This document shows, in pieces, positions 1-9,879 of a stretch of DNA of 64,000 nt. Location: contig CAVZDU010000005.1 in the NCBI GenBank assembly GCA_963774265.1, positions 448,001 through 512,000 of the forward strand, given 5' to 3'. The translations under genes and the position numbers were made by a program. This DNA comes from an uncultured Chloroflexia bacterium. Its GTDB lineage: Bacteria > Chloroflexota > Anaerolineae > CG2-30-64-16. The notes under the pieces were generated by a model. That model made no database searches. It had not been told where the DNA came from and saw only the letters and a program-made list of their open reading frames with translations. Position 1 is the first letter of the stretch. The number at the start of each line of letters is the position of its first letter.

Positions 1-595
1 GCGAGGTGTGGGGCAGCTCATGTCCGATCTCTACGACCGGCCCGAATGGGTGACGACGTTGGTTGAGTTCTGCGCCGGGGAGGCGATCGCCTTCGCCCGG
101 GCGCAAATCGCAGCCGGCGCGGACATGATTGGCGTGGGGGACGCGGTGTGCTCACAAATATCGCCCAGGATGTATCGCCAGTTCGCCCTGCCGTACGAAC
201 AGCGCATCTTCGCCGCGATCCGTGAGATGGGCGCGGTGGGGCGCCTTCACATCTGTGGCAACACGAGCCGCATCGTGGCCGACATGGCCCGCAGCGGCGC
301 GCTGATCGTAGACCTGGACTGGATGGTGGATTGGGGCCAGGCTGTGCGGACCCTGGAAGCGGAAAGCGGGGTCGCAGCCTGCGGCAATTTCGACCCGGTC
401 AGGGTGATGCTTCAGGGTGCGCCCGAGGAAGTGCAGCAGGCCGTGCGCCACTGCCTTGCCGAGGGGAACGCGTGCTCCTTCATCATGGCCGGCTGCGAGA
501 TTCCCGACGGCACCCCAGACGAGAATCTGTTGGCGCAATTCCAGGCGCTCGTGGCCGCAGGCGCCGGGACGGGCACTTCATGTCGGGCCGCGTGA
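1..595 (+). CDS. Uroporphyrinogen decarboxylase / MtaA-CmuA methyltransferase family protein, 5'-truncated by the window edge
   Basis: LHICGN (H-x-C) and GCEIP Zn-ligand motifs, AQIAAGAD, GNFDP; frame is open back to the window start. Confidence 0.8.
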   Translation, partial: RGVGQLMSDLYDRPEWVTTLVEFCAGEAIAFARAQIAAGADMIGVGDAVCSQISPRMYRQFALPYEQRIFAAIREMGAVGRLHICGNTSRIVADMARSGALIVDLDWMVDWGQAVRTLEAESGVAACGNFDPVRVMLQGAPEEVQQAVRHCLAEGNACSFIMAGCEIPDGTPDENLLAQFQALVAAGAGTGTSCRAA

Positions 596-624
596 ATTCG
601 CAGTGAGATCGTCCTCAAAGGTTA

Positions 625-659
625 TCGGCCTGGCAGACCTCCCAGGTCTGCCAGGCCGA
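625..659. terminator. Perfect 16-bp hairpin between convergent genes (bidirectional terminator or REP-like)
   Basis: tcggcctggcagacct-ccc-aggtctgccaggccga. Confidence 0.65.
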
Positions 660-665
660 ATTCAC

Positions 666-3600
666 TCACATCCCGGCCAGATGCCGCGCCACGTTGATGA
701 ACAGGTGACGCCCGTCAGCTGTCATGAGCGGCGGGCCGGCCTGGAAGCCCCAAAGCAGGAAACGCCTCTCCCGCAAATCCTGCTGCACCAGGTTGTAGTG
801 CGTCTCGTCCGCGGGCTCGCGGCCGATCAGCAGTATACTGGCTGGCGGCTTCTCGACCCGGACGCCGACATGGGCCGTCTTGCCATAGACCCGGACAAGC
901 CGGTCCCGGCCCATCGGGATGCCGTATGGGCTGTGCCACACGTCGTTCACCGCATCTACAGCATAAGTGTACGCCTCGTTTCCGTGCCAGCCATTCGGAT
1001 AGCCGATGGCCAGCCCCGCCTTGCCGAAGAACGCGTAGCCACCCTCTCCAAGGCCAAGGATCGGTGTGGAGTACTGCAGCAAGGCACCCACCGCCGCGGA
1101 CGTGCCCCAGTCGGCCCCGTCGCCCGTCTCCGGTCCGATCACGATCAGGTCGTAGCTGCCCCACACGGTCTTGGCGACCTCAGCCATGGGGACAAGGTCG
1201 ACCGAATAAGAGCCCGCTTGGAGCAGTCTCTGGTAGGCCACCGCGGCCGGAAGGTTGTTCAACCAGATGTAGGCCACGCGCGGCCGCACTGAGAAGCCGC
1301 CCGTGCGATGCCGCACGAAGAGCTGATCGGAGTTATTCCTGCCCCAGCCGGTTGCCTTTACGACATACTGGCCGGGCAACAGTGCCTGAGTGAAGACTCC
1401 GCCATAGACCCCGTCGCCGGCCCTTCCGTCCATGTTCCGGCCGTCGTCGAAGAGCTGGAGCAGTTGCATCAAGTCCGAGTTTGGCCCCTTCACCAGCGCC
1501 CATACTTCCGCACCCGCGATCGGCTTCTCGTCAGACAGCACGACCAGGATCGGGATCTTCGCGCCGACGGTCCGTTCCTCAGGCGGCAGTCCGAAGCCCA
1601 GGTGCATGCTGGTTTGCGATCTGGCAGAGAGGATGAAGAGGTAGTTGGCGCACCCCTTGGCTTGTAGCTCCACCTTCCAGGGACCCCCGAGCGGATCCTG
1701 CACGCGGAACTGGTGGTGGGTGGCGTCCCGAATCTCCCGCACCTTCGGCGGATTGTGCTTGACCAGATTGCCGTCCGGGTCGGTGAGAATCATCTCGATG
1801 GAAACCGCGGGGTCGTCCCAGTTTGTCGTGAAGATCGCCTCGGGCAGCCCCTTTTCGACGGGGAGCTCGAAGATCACCGGCATCTCGCAGATGTAGCCGG
1901 TGCTCTCCCAGACCCGCTGCTGGTGGCCGTTTACCTCGCCCATAGCCTTGTAGATGTCGGCCAGACGGTTGGGGAGCGTGGTGGGCAGGTTGGGACCGGG
2001 CACGGCCGCCGGCGCCTCGGTTGCCGCGGCGTCGGCTGCGGCCGCCAGCGGCAAGATGTCCACGCCCGCCTGGAACGCGCGGCCGTCCGTGTCTGCCGCG
2101 ATATCACCCAGAAGCGCCGTATCCGCGTCGCGGCCGAGCGCCACCGTGTGCACCACCACCCGCGACGGTATGATCACGCCACCGACCGTCGCATCAGCCC
2201 AGTAGGGCGATACGTTCTCCATGCCGTCGCTCAGCAGCGCCAGGCTCCAGTCATGGTCTTCCTTACCCCGTGCGAGGAGTTCGTCATAGCCGAGCTTCGC
2301 GCCCGGGCCCAGCGCGGTCAGGTTGCCGGTCGTCAGCGCGTTGACCGCGGTCTTGGCCGCGTTCCATTCCGGATCGCCGGTGACGGTCGTCAGCCCGTAG
2401 TTAACCGCCGCGCTTGACTCAAAGGAGACTACGCCGATCATGTCGTCGACATTGGTGTGGTCGATGAACGCACGCGCGGCATTCTTCGCGGCCTCAAGCT
2501 TGTCATAATCGGCCATGCTCCCGGAGCGGTCGATCACCAGCACCTGGTCGGCGTTTAGCTTCGGCAGGTAGAATACGGCGCGCTTCTCGGTATCCGTTTG
2601 CGCGCCCAGCGTCACCTCCAGGTCATAGTAGTCCGCCGCAGGCTGCGTGTGTGCGCTGACGACGAGGAAGTGGGTGTCGAGGGAGCGATAGGCGGAGATT
2701 ACGGGGCTGTCCTGCCCGCCGATGCGCACTGTGAAGTCGCTTGCGGTGTAGGTGACCGGCGAGCTGCTGGGTGGCGTGGCGGTCTTCACCTGCACCAGGA
2801 TTTTGTCCGGATCGTTGAACGCGCCCGCGTTCGTGGGGTTGGTCTCAGTGGGCTGAAGGATGTCGAAGATCGGCGTGCAAGCCTGGTGACTGGACGCGTT
2901 GAAGTTGTCGGTCTCGCCCAGGGCGGGCTCATACTTGCCGTCTCGGTCTGTGTCCTCACAGCCATCCACCGAGCTGTCATTGTCGTTGTTGGCGTCCAGC
3001 TCCTTGCGCTGGCCATCGGAATCATGATCTGCGGTGCGCAGACTGTATGTGCCCGCGGTGTCGAACACATACTCCCGAAGGTCCTGTTTGTCCTGCACCC
3101 AGTCGTCGTCCGAATCCGCGTAGGCCGGCATAGTGTGGAAGCGATTCTGCTCGTCCCAGTCCATCACTCCGTCGCCGTCTGCGTCGGTCCAGATCCCGGG
3201 CTCATCCGAGCGAGGAGAGACAGAAGCTGGCACAGGTGGGACGTAGTAGCAGGTGATGCTCAACGAACTGTAGTTTTGCCACGTCGTGCCGCTCCAGGGG
3301 TCGAACAGCCGGATTTGCTGCGTACTATCGGCCAGGGTGCGGTAGCCGCCGATCACCGTCTGATGGCCGTTGAAGAAGCGCATGATCGGCCTGCTGGCAT
3401 CGATCCAGCCTGTCACCTGCGCGAAGGTCGGCTTGGCGTACGCGTAGTCGAAGCTGGCGCCGTTCAGCGCCCAGGACAGCATCTGGCCGCCATGGCTGCC
3501 GTCACCGCCGCACACACTGGTGGTGCGGTCGTGGCCGAGGTCACGCAGCGGGTTATTCTTCTCCCCAATATCGGCCAATGGGCTGCCCCAGTTCTCGAAC

Positions 3601-4961
3601 TGGTAGTACCCGATGCGATCCATGCTCAGATTGCCGCCGTAGTGCGTCACGATCATGGCGATGGATGCGCGGACGCAACTGTTCCGGCCGTGGGTGTAGA
3701 TCCCGTCCGGGTGCACCGCGTCCCATGCCTCTTCCTCCCCTGACGTCGCGGGGTTGCCCTCGTTGTCGCCGTCGAGACACAGCAGGGGGTTATCCTTCTT
3801 TTGGCGCAGCCATGTCATGGATAGCACGACATCAGGGCCGATGCTCAGGGCCTCCGCAGTGTCGCCTGCGGCCATAGCGCTGGTTACGGGGATCACCGTC
3901 ACGCTGAGGGGCGTCGACCAGGCGGACTGCAACGCGCCGAGGCGGCTCCGGACGCGCCACCAGAAGGCGCCACCGGGCAGCGGCGACGCAGGCGTGTAGT
4001 ATGGTTGGGTCAGCTCGACGTCGACCAACGGCGAGCTGAAGCCTGGGTCATTGTCGATCTGGAGCTGATAGGTTGCGCCGGGCACCAGCATCCAGCCCAG
4101 TGCGAAGCCATCGCTTGCCATGACCGCGCCATCGCCGACCGTGCTCCAGATGGAGCGCGGCACCGGGTTGGACGTGCCCGGGGTATGATCCTCCGGGCCG
4201 TAGGCGGCCCAGTCATCGGGGGAAAGATTGACGTGGCCGGGATAGAGGCCGATCGTTCGATTGGCGGGAAGCGGCGCGGACGCGTCCTGCGCGCCGGAGC
4301 CGACGTTGAAATCAACCCACCAGTCTGACCTCCACAGCCCGGCCGCGATCGCATCAGTGGCGCCCTCGCCGGGGGCCGCGCCGTAGGCCACGAAGTCCCG
4401 AATGGTCTGAGGGTCATGTGTTGATCCGGCATAGAGCGCGACCTGGTCGCTTTCCGGGTTGAACATGTCCACCAAACCGGGGGGTGAATGCAGCACGGCG
4501 CGGCCGTCGCCGAAGCTGTAGTCATCCGCGGCCGGGCCAAGCCCGTCGAAGTAAATCACCACGAAGCAGCCCGGCGGAATCCCCGGCAGGGCGGCCGGGA
4601 TAGTGTAGTTCCCGCCGCTCTGATTGCTCACCTGCCAGCCGCTGATGTCCGGACCGGACTCCGCGGTGGGTGCGACAAAGGATGGCGTTGCGGCCGAGCC
4701 GGCAACCGGGCCCGACCCCTTCATCACGAGGGGCAGATACAGCAGGTAGTTCGTTCCAACCGCGGACAACTCAACCCACTGGTGCTGCCCTGCAAGCGGA
4801 CGGGCCAGCACCTCGTTGAGATGGACCTCAGAAGCGCTGGTTGACATCTGATCGGCAGAGGCGGGGAAGCCGGGTGCGGCTGAGAGTGCCGGGGTCGAGC
4901 CCGCGGTGAGGAGACAGACGACGACAATCGAGCAGGCAAGTGTCGCGATTCTGATCTTCAT
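666..4961 (-). CDS. Large secreted multidomain protein: lamin-tail-like, FN3-like, C39/papain-like peptidase, DxDxDG Ca-binding repeats, vWA, CLCA-like C-terminal region
   Basis: Signal peptide; LNEV..WVEL..DISGWQ; NSCVRAS/NGHQTVIGGY/LFDPW triad; DADGDG, DSDDD, DHDSDG, DTDRDG; MIDAS DRSGS..T..LSDG; LFDDG..DG.AGDGVY; RBS aggagg. Confidence 0.8.
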   Translation of the reverse strand: MKIRIATLACSIVVVCLLTAGSTPALSAAPGFPASADQMSTSASEVHLNEVLARPLAGQHQWVELSAVGTNYLLYLPLVMKGSGPVAGSAATPSFVAPTAESGPDISGWQVSNQSGGNYTIPAALPGIPPGCFVVIYFDGLGPAADDYSFGDGRAVLHSPPGLVDMFNPESDQVALYAGSTHDPQTIRDFVAYGAAPGEGATDAIAAGLWRSDWWVDFNVGSGAQDASAPLPANRTIGLYPGHVNLSPDDWAAYGPEDHTPGTSNPVPRSIWSTVGDGAVMASDGFALGWMLVPGATYQLQIDNDPGFSSPLVDVELTQPYYTPASPLPGGAFWWRVRSRLGALQSAWSTPLSVTVIPVTSAMAAGDTAEALSIGPDVVLSMTWLRQKKDNPLLCLDGDNEGNPATSGEEEAWDAVHPDGIYTHGRNSCVRASIAMIVTHYGGNLSMDRIGYYQFENWGSPLADIGEKNNPLRDLGHDRTTSVCGGDGSHGGQMLSWALNGASFDYAYAKPTFAQVTGWIDASRPIMRFFNGHQTVIGGYRTLADSTQQIRLFDPWSGTTWQNYSSLSITCYYVPPVPASVSPRSDEPGIWTDADGDGVMDWDEQNRFHTMPAYADSDDDWVQDKQDLREYVFDTAGTYSLRTADHDSDGQRKELDANNDNDSSVDGCEDTDRDGKYEPALGETDNFNASSHQACTPIFDILQPTETNPTNAGAFNDPDKILVQVKTATPPSSSPVTYTASDFTVRIGGQDSPVISAYRSLDTHFLVVSAHTQPAADYYDLEVTLGAQTDTEKRAVFYLPKLNADQVLVIDRSGSMADYDKLEAAKNAARAFIDHTNVDDMIGVVSFESSAAVNYGLTTVTGDPEWNAAKTAVNALTTGNLTALGPGAKLGYDELLARGKEDHDWSLALLSDGMENVSPYWADATVGGVIIPSRVVVHTVALGRDADTALLGDIAADTDGRAFQAGVDILPLAAAADAAATEAPAAVPGPNLPTTLPNRLADIYKAMGEVNGHQQRVWESTGYICEMPVIFELPVEKGLPEAIFTTNWDDPAVSIEMILTDPDGNLVKHNPPKVREIRDATHHQFRVQDPLGGPWKVELQAKGCANYLFILSARSQTSMHLGFGLPPEERTVGAKIPILVVLSDEKPIAGAEVWALVKGPNSDLMQLLQLFDDGRNMDGRAGDGVYGGVFTQALLPGQYVVKATGWGRNNSDQLFVRHRTGGFSVRPRVAYIWLNNLPAAVAYQRLLQAGSYSVDLVPMAEVAKTVWGSYDLIVIGPETGDGADWGTSAAVGALLQYSTPILGLGEGGYAFFGKAGLAIGYPNGWHGNEAYTYAVDAVNDVWHSPYGIPMGRDRLVRVYGKTAHVGVRVEKPPASILLIGREPADETHYNLVQQDLRERRFLLWGFQAGPPLMTADGRHLFINVARHLAGM

Positions 4962-5093
4962 GAGAGGAGCCTCCTGTGGACACTACCAAACGGTCGACGG
5001 AGCATCAAGACGGTCAGCGATGGGATGGTGCGATGTAAGGTGTAACAGGGAGAAGAACCCCTGGGGAGGGGTCAGGTCGGTGGTCGTTGAGTG

Positions 5094-5243
5094 TTATGAT
5101 TTCCCTTGGGTGAGCGACTTCTGATAGGCCTTCCAGCCGGGGCACCAGCTGGTGTGCCACTTCCACAGCCGCGCCATCAGCGTCTTCGGATTGGCCTCAG
5201 CCTTCTTGCGAATCGGGCAATCTGCGCAGCGAGGTTCGGACAT
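5094..5243 (-). CDS. 49-aa Cys/Trp-rich small protein (absent from the ORF track)
   Basis: MSEPRCADCPIRKKAEANPKTLMARLWKWHTSWCPGWKAYQKSLTQGKS*, with strong SD gaaggagg 5 nt before the ATG. Confidence 0.75.
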   Translation of the reverse strand: MSEPRCADCPIRKKAEANPKTLMARLWKWHTSWCPGWKAYQKSLTQGKS

Positions 5244-5270
5244 GCTGACCTCCTTCGAAAATGATCTCGA

Positions 5271-6512
5271 TTACCCGGTTGGGACGGCGGCTGGCACCAG
5301 TTGGACCTGATAGCCCAGCTTCTCCAGGCGTTTGACGGCCCGCCGCTTCACAGCTTCACGGTCGCGCTCGTCGAAGTAGTTGCCGCCTAAGTCCTCGTAC
5401 TTGGTTTGCCGAGTGATCAAGTAGTAACCGGTGACCAGCAAGCTGTGCCCGACGGCCATTAGCGCCCGTTGTTTGCCCCGCCGGGCCGCCAGGCGCCCAT
5501 AGAGCGCCTGGAAGTACTTGTGCTTGGTGCGGGCAGCGCCGTGCGCCGCTTCCACCAAGGCTCGCCGCAGCCAGGGACTGCCTTTGCGGGTCTTGCCACT
5601 GTAGCGTTTGCCGGCACTTTCGTTGTTGCCGGGACACATGCCCGCCCACGAAGCCAGATGCTCCGCATCCTCGAACGGCTGCAGGTCGGCCCCAATCTCA
5701 GCGACGACGATCTCCGCAATCCGCTGGTTGATCCCCGGCAGCGAGTCCCAGGCCGCCAGCGCCGGCGCAAAAGGGTGCATCTGCTCCGCGATCTGCTGGT
5801 CGAGCCGGTCGATGGCCTCGTCCAAGAAGTCGATGTGGCTCAGGTGCTGCGCCAACATGAAGCGATGATGCGCCTGCACGCGTCCACTTAGCGCCTTCTG
5901 CAGCAGGTCCAGCTTGTCCCGCAGGCGACCCTTGGCCAGCTCGGCTAACACGGCTGGATCGGCCTGGCCTTGCACGATCTGATCCAGCATCGCTCGTCCG
6001 CTGACACCCATCACATCGGTCGCCACGCTCGCCAGCTTGATGTTGGCGTCTTCCAGCACCTTCTGCACCCGATTGATCTCACTGACGCGCTCATCGCCCA
6101 GCTTGGTGCGGTAGCGAGTCAGATCGCGTAGCGCACGTAGCTCAGCCGAAGGAATGAAGCTCCCTTTGAGCAGCCCGTGCCGCAGCAGATCCGCAATCCG
6201 CTCCGCATCTTGCACATCCGTCTTGCGGCCAGCTAACGCCTTGATGTGCTCTGCATTGACCACCAGAATGGCAAACCGCCCGTCGAGCAGGTTGTACACC
6301 GGCTTCCAGTACACCCCGGTGCTCTCCATCGCCACGTGCGTGACCCCAAGGCCCTGCAACCATTCCGCCAGTGCTTCCAGGTTCTCGGTCAAGGTATCAA
6401 ACGTGCGGGTCTCCTTCACCGATTGCCCATCCGGCCCAGGCACGATCGCACACGCCACCACCGTGCGCTTGTGCACATCGATCCCGCAGCACCGCTCATA
6501 GACCACTTGCAT
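5271..6512 (-). CDS. IS110 family DEDD transposase / bridge recombinase
   Basis: GIDVHK, AMESTG, KTDVQD (DEDD) and C-terminal NESAGK serine motif; start MQVVYERCC with RBS ggagg. Confidence 0.95.
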   Translation of the reverse strand: MQVVYERCCGIDVHKRTVVACAIVPGPDGQSVKETRTFDTLTENLEALAEWLQGLGVTHVAMESTGVYWKPVYNLLDGRFAILVVNAEHIKALAGRKTDVQDAERIADLLRHGLLKGSFIPSAELRALRDLTRYRTKLGDERVSEINRVQKVLEDANIKLASVATDVMGVSGRAMLDQIVQGQADPAVLAELAKGRLRDKLDLLQKALSGRVQAHHRFMLAQHLSHIDFLDEAIDRLDQQIAEQMHPFAPALAAWDSLPGINQRIAEIVVAEIGADLQPFEDAEHLASWAGMCPGNNESAGKRYSGKTRKGSPWLRRALVEAAHGAARTKHKYFQALYGRLAARRGKQRALMAVGHSLLVTGYYLITRQTKYEDLGGNYFDERDREAVKRRAVKRLEKLGYQVQLVPAAVPTG

Positions 6513-6519
6513 CGTGCGC

Positions 6520-6690
6520 CTCCGCTTGCTCGTGATCGCCCCAGCGGAGTGCCTGATATGCGAAGAGTCTCCTTCGCGTACTCCCCCAAATTGGAGGGCC
6601 ACAGTCTACGGTGCCTGCAGGCACTCGAGCCAAACTCCCTTGCGGACTCGTGGCACCAGGTAATTCATCCGACTTCATGCCAGGGCGTCT
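6520..6690 (-). ncRNA. Candidate IS110 bridge RNA
   Basis: Lies downstream of an internal promoter; several hairpins; segments matching target (aagggag) and donor (cgaaggag) junctions in the expected order. Confidence 0.6.
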
Positions 6691-6695
6691 CCACC

Positions 6696-6723
6696 ATTCT
6701 ACGCCCCCATTTTCATCCGTCAA
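6696..6723 (-). promoter_or_regulatory. Sigma70-type promoter inside the IS110 left end
   Basis: TTGACG-N16-TAGAAT on the minus strand; the spacer contains a G homopolymer. Confidence 0.55.
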
Positions 6724-6765
6724 CGGTGAGCCAACGGCTAATCGACAACTCCCTTCTTGCTGAAC

Positions 6766-6771
6766 ATTATA
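6766..6771 (-). promoter_or_regulatory. Host -10 box, probably the original promoter of the 49-aa gene
   Basis: TATAAT 13 nt outside the IS110 left junction core; no clear -35. Confidence 0.45.
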
Positions 6772-6978
6772 CACGCATAGGGCCAAAGCATCACAACCCT
6801 AAGAAGACTCTCTGCCCAGCCTCCTGCGTTTGCGTGCTTTGGGAAAAATGGTGATTCCCCCGGCCGCTTGCTCACCCCGCCACGCGCGTTATATACTGCA
6901 CCGCGTCCCGCTCCTTCCTTGCCCCGCTGCGCGGACCAAAACAGAGAGTACGACGAACTGCATCACATAGGAGGAATC

Positions 6979-9831
6979 GTGACGGATCAGCCTGTCTACA
7001 CATTGCCTGTGAGAGACGCATTGGGGGAGTTTGATGTCCAACTGGAGACCGGTCTGACCAGCCAGGAAGTCCAACTCCGCCGGGAACGCTATGGCCTAAA
7101 CGAGCTACAGGAGAAACCGCGGCCGGGCTTCCTGAAACTGCTATTCGATCAACTCAACAATTTCCTGATCATCATCCTGATCGTTGCGGCCGTGATATCG
7201 CTGCTGCTGGGCGAGACGATCGATGCACTGGCGATCCTGGCAATCGTGGTGCTGAATTCCGTCCTCGGCGTCGTCCAGGAGTCGAAGGCCGAGCAAGCGC
7301 TCGCTGCGCTCAAGAAGATGGCCTCTCCCAACGCCCAGGTGTTGCGCGATGGCCTGCAGGTCACACTCCCGGCCCGTGAGCTGGTTCCCGGCGACATCGT
7401 GCTGTTGGAGGCTGGGAACTACGTGCCGGCGGATCTGCGCCTTGTGGAGAGCGTCAATCTCAAAGTCGAGGAGGCTTCGCTCACCGGCGAGTCGGTGCCT
7501 GTCAATAAGGATGCCCGCATGGTGTTCGATGCCGATATCCCCCTCGGCGACCGCAAGAATTCAGCGTTCATGGCCACCGTGGTGACCTACGGCCGCGGCA
7601 AGGGGTTGGTCACCTCCACGGGCATGACCACTCAGATCGGCATGATCGCTGAAATGCTTCAATCCTACGAAGATGAAGCGACGCCCCTGCAGGAGAAACT
7701 GGCGCAGCTCGGTAAAACATTGGGCATCGTCTCACTCGCCATCTGTGGTTTCATCTTCCTGTACGGCGTGATTCGTGACACGAATCCCGGCATGATCTTT
7801 CAGGAGGGCATCAGCGGTTACCTCGCCGCGCACGAAAAAGATCTCATCGGCCTGTTCATGACCGCAGTGAGTTTGGCTATTGCAGCCGTGCCTGAAGGGT
7901 TGCCCGCAGTCGTCACCATCTGCCTGGCGCTCGGCATGCAGCGAATGGTCACCCGCCATGCGCTGATCCGCAAGCTGCCGGCAGTTGAGACCCTGGGTTG
8001 CGCGACGGTGATCTGCTCCGACAAGACCGGCACCCTCACTCAGAACGAGATGACGGTGGTGGCCGGTTGGGCGGGCGGTCACGCTTTCCAGGTCACCGGC
8101 GAAGGTTACAACCCCGAAGGTCAGTTCTACCGGACTGAGACGCCGTTTGCACCGGCCAATGACCCGGCGACCTCGATGCTCTTGCAGGGCGCGTTGCTAT
8201 GCAATGATGCGAAGCTGGAGCCGAGCGGTGAGGAGTCCGGCGAGCGTACCTGGCGTATGATGGGCGATCCCACCGAGGGTGCGCTGGTGGTGGCCGCGGC
8301 CAAGGCGGGTCTGTGGCGCGCCGACATGGAGAACAGCATGCCGCGCGTGGCCGAAATCCCCTTCGACTCTGACCGCAAGCGGATGACCACCATCCATCAG
8401 GTGGGCGACCTGGGCTTACGCGTTTCCGACTTCGGGGATGCCAGGACACCTGCTCCTGGGCAGACGCCACAATCCTGGCTGGCGTTTGTTAAGGGCGCGC
8501 CCGACATTGTGTTGGAGTACTGCGACGACATCATGCTGGATGACCGTGTGGCGCCTCTGACCGCGGAGTTGCGCGGGGAAATCCTGGCGGCCAACACCAG
8601 CATGGCGCGCCAGGCGCTGCGCGTGCTGGGCCTGGCGTGCCGGCCGCTGGACGCCGTGCCCGATGAATCCACATCGGACGAAATCGAGCGCAACCTGACC
8701 TTCCTGGGCCTGACGGGCATGATCGACCCGGCCCGGCCCGAGGTCAAGGTGGCCGTGGACGTCGCGAAGCAGGCGGGTCTGAAGAGCATCATGATTACGG
8801 GCGACTACCGCGATACGGCCCAGGCCATTGCGGGCCAGATCGGCATGCTCACCAAGGGTGGCCAGGTGCTCACCGGCGCTCAACTCGATGCTATGGATGA
8901 CGATGAGCTGAACGCAATGGTTGACCACCTGGATGTTTGCGCCCGTGTGTCTCCGCAGCACAAGATGCGCATCGTTGAGGCCCTCAAGACTCGCGGCCAC
9001 ATCGTGGCCATGACGGGCGACGGCGTGAACGACGCGCCGGCGTTGAAGCGCGCCAACATCGGCGTGGCCATGGGCATCACCGGCACTGATGTGACCAAGG
9101 AGACCGCCGACATGGTGCTGACCGACGACAACTACGCCAGCATCGTCTCGGCCATCGAAGAAGGCCGCATTATCTACTCCAACATCCGCAAGTTCGTGTT
9201 CTACCTGATCTCGTGCAATATCGGCGAGATCCTGATCATCTTCCTGGCGATGTTGGCGGGCCTACCCATCCCATTGCGGCCGATCCAGCTCCTGTGGCTG
9301 AACCTGGTGACCGATGGCGCGCCAGCCTTGGCGCTGGGTTTGGAAAAGGGCGATCCCGACATCATGCAGCGACCGCCGCGGCCGACCAAGGAGCCGGTGA
9401 TCAATCGTGAGATGCTGCTGGGTGTCGCCGTTCAGGCCATCGCCATGACCTCAGCCGTGTTAGCGGCCTATCTTATCGCGGGCGCTCGTCCGGGCGCAGA
9501 CGCCAACGATCCCATGCTGCCCAAGTGGCAGACCATCGCGTTCACGACGCTGGTCATGTCCGAGCTGCTGCGGGCGTACACGGCACGCTCCGAGCGCTAC
9601 GCGCTGCTCAAGATCGGGGTGTTCGGCAACAAGTGGATGCAATATGCCGTGGGTGCGTCTCTGATCCTGCTGCTGTTGGTGATCTACGTGCCGTTCTTGC
9701 AGTCTGTCTTCGGCACGGTGGCCTTGAACCTCGGCGATTGGCTGATGATGGCGCCGTTTATCCTGCTGGCCTCGGTCGCAGCCGAGCTGACCAAGGCCTA
9801 CCTGCGTGCGCGCAGCGCGAAGGCCTCTTGA
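6979..9831 (+). CDS. Cation-transporting P-type ATPase, type IIA (Ca2+-ATPase-like)
   Basis: [35 protein letters not shown]; GTG start after aggagg. Confidence 0.95.
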   Translation: MTDQPVYTLPVRDALGEFDVQLETGLTSQEVQLRRERYGLNELQEKPRPGFLKLLFDQLNNFLIIILIVAAVISLLLGETIDALAILAIVVLNSVLGVVQESKAEQALAALKKMASPNAQVLRDGLQVTLPARELVPGDIVLLEAGNYVPADLRLVESVNLKVEEASLTGESVPVNKDARMVFDADIPLGDRKNSAFMATVVTYGRGKGLVTSTGMTTQIGMIAEMLQSYEDEATPLQEKLAQLGKTLGIVSLAICGFIFLYGVIRDTNPGMIFQEGISGYLAAHEKDLIGLFMTAVSLAIAAVPEGLPAVVTICLALGMQRMVTRHALIRKLPAVETLGCATVICSDKTGTLTQNEMTVVAGWAGGHAFQVTGEGYNPEGQFYRTETPFAPANDPATSMLLQGALLCNDAKLEPSGEESGERTWRMMGDPTEGALVVAAAKAGLWRADMENSMPRVAEIPFDSDRKRMTTIHQVGDLGLRVSDFGDARTPAPGQTPQSWLAFVKGAPDIVLEYCDDIMLDDRVAPLTAELRGEILAANTSMARQALRVLGLACRPLDAVPDESTSDEIERNLTFLGLTGMIDPARPEVKVAVDVAKQAGLKSIMITGDYRDTAQAIAGQIGMLTKGGQVLTGAQLDAMDDDELNAMVDHLDVCARVSPQHKMRIVEALKTRGHIVAMTGDGVNDAPALKRANIGVAMGITGTDVTKETADMVLTDDNYASIVSAIEEGRIIYSNIRKFVFYLISCNIGEILIIFLAMLAGLPIPLRPIQLLWLNLVTDGAPALALGLEKGDPDIMQRPPRPTKEPVINREMLLGVAVQAIAMTSAVLAAYLIAGARPGADANDPMLPKWQTIAFTTLVMSELLRAYTARSERYALLKIGVFGNKWMQYAVGASLILLLLVIYVPFLQSVFGTVALNLGDWLMMAPFILLASVAAELTKAYLRARSAKAS

Positions 9832-9879
9832 TCGATTGCCGGATAGGATGCTCCAGGCTTCCCCCCCCGGCCGCGCACA

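Larger units (their letters stand above)
5250..6752 (-). mobile_element. IS110-family insertion sequence (~1.5 kb)
   Basis: IS110 transposase, ~240-bp 5' non-coding end, very short 3' end, GGAG core at both junctions (5250-5253, 6749-6752), no terminal inverted repeats seen. Confidence 0.85.

Noticed and set aside
6780-6978. yybP-ykoY (Mn2+) riboswitch upstream of the P-type ATPase
   Set aside because: The conserved core is not recognisable, and the leader from the apparent promoter (about 6868-6897) is short.
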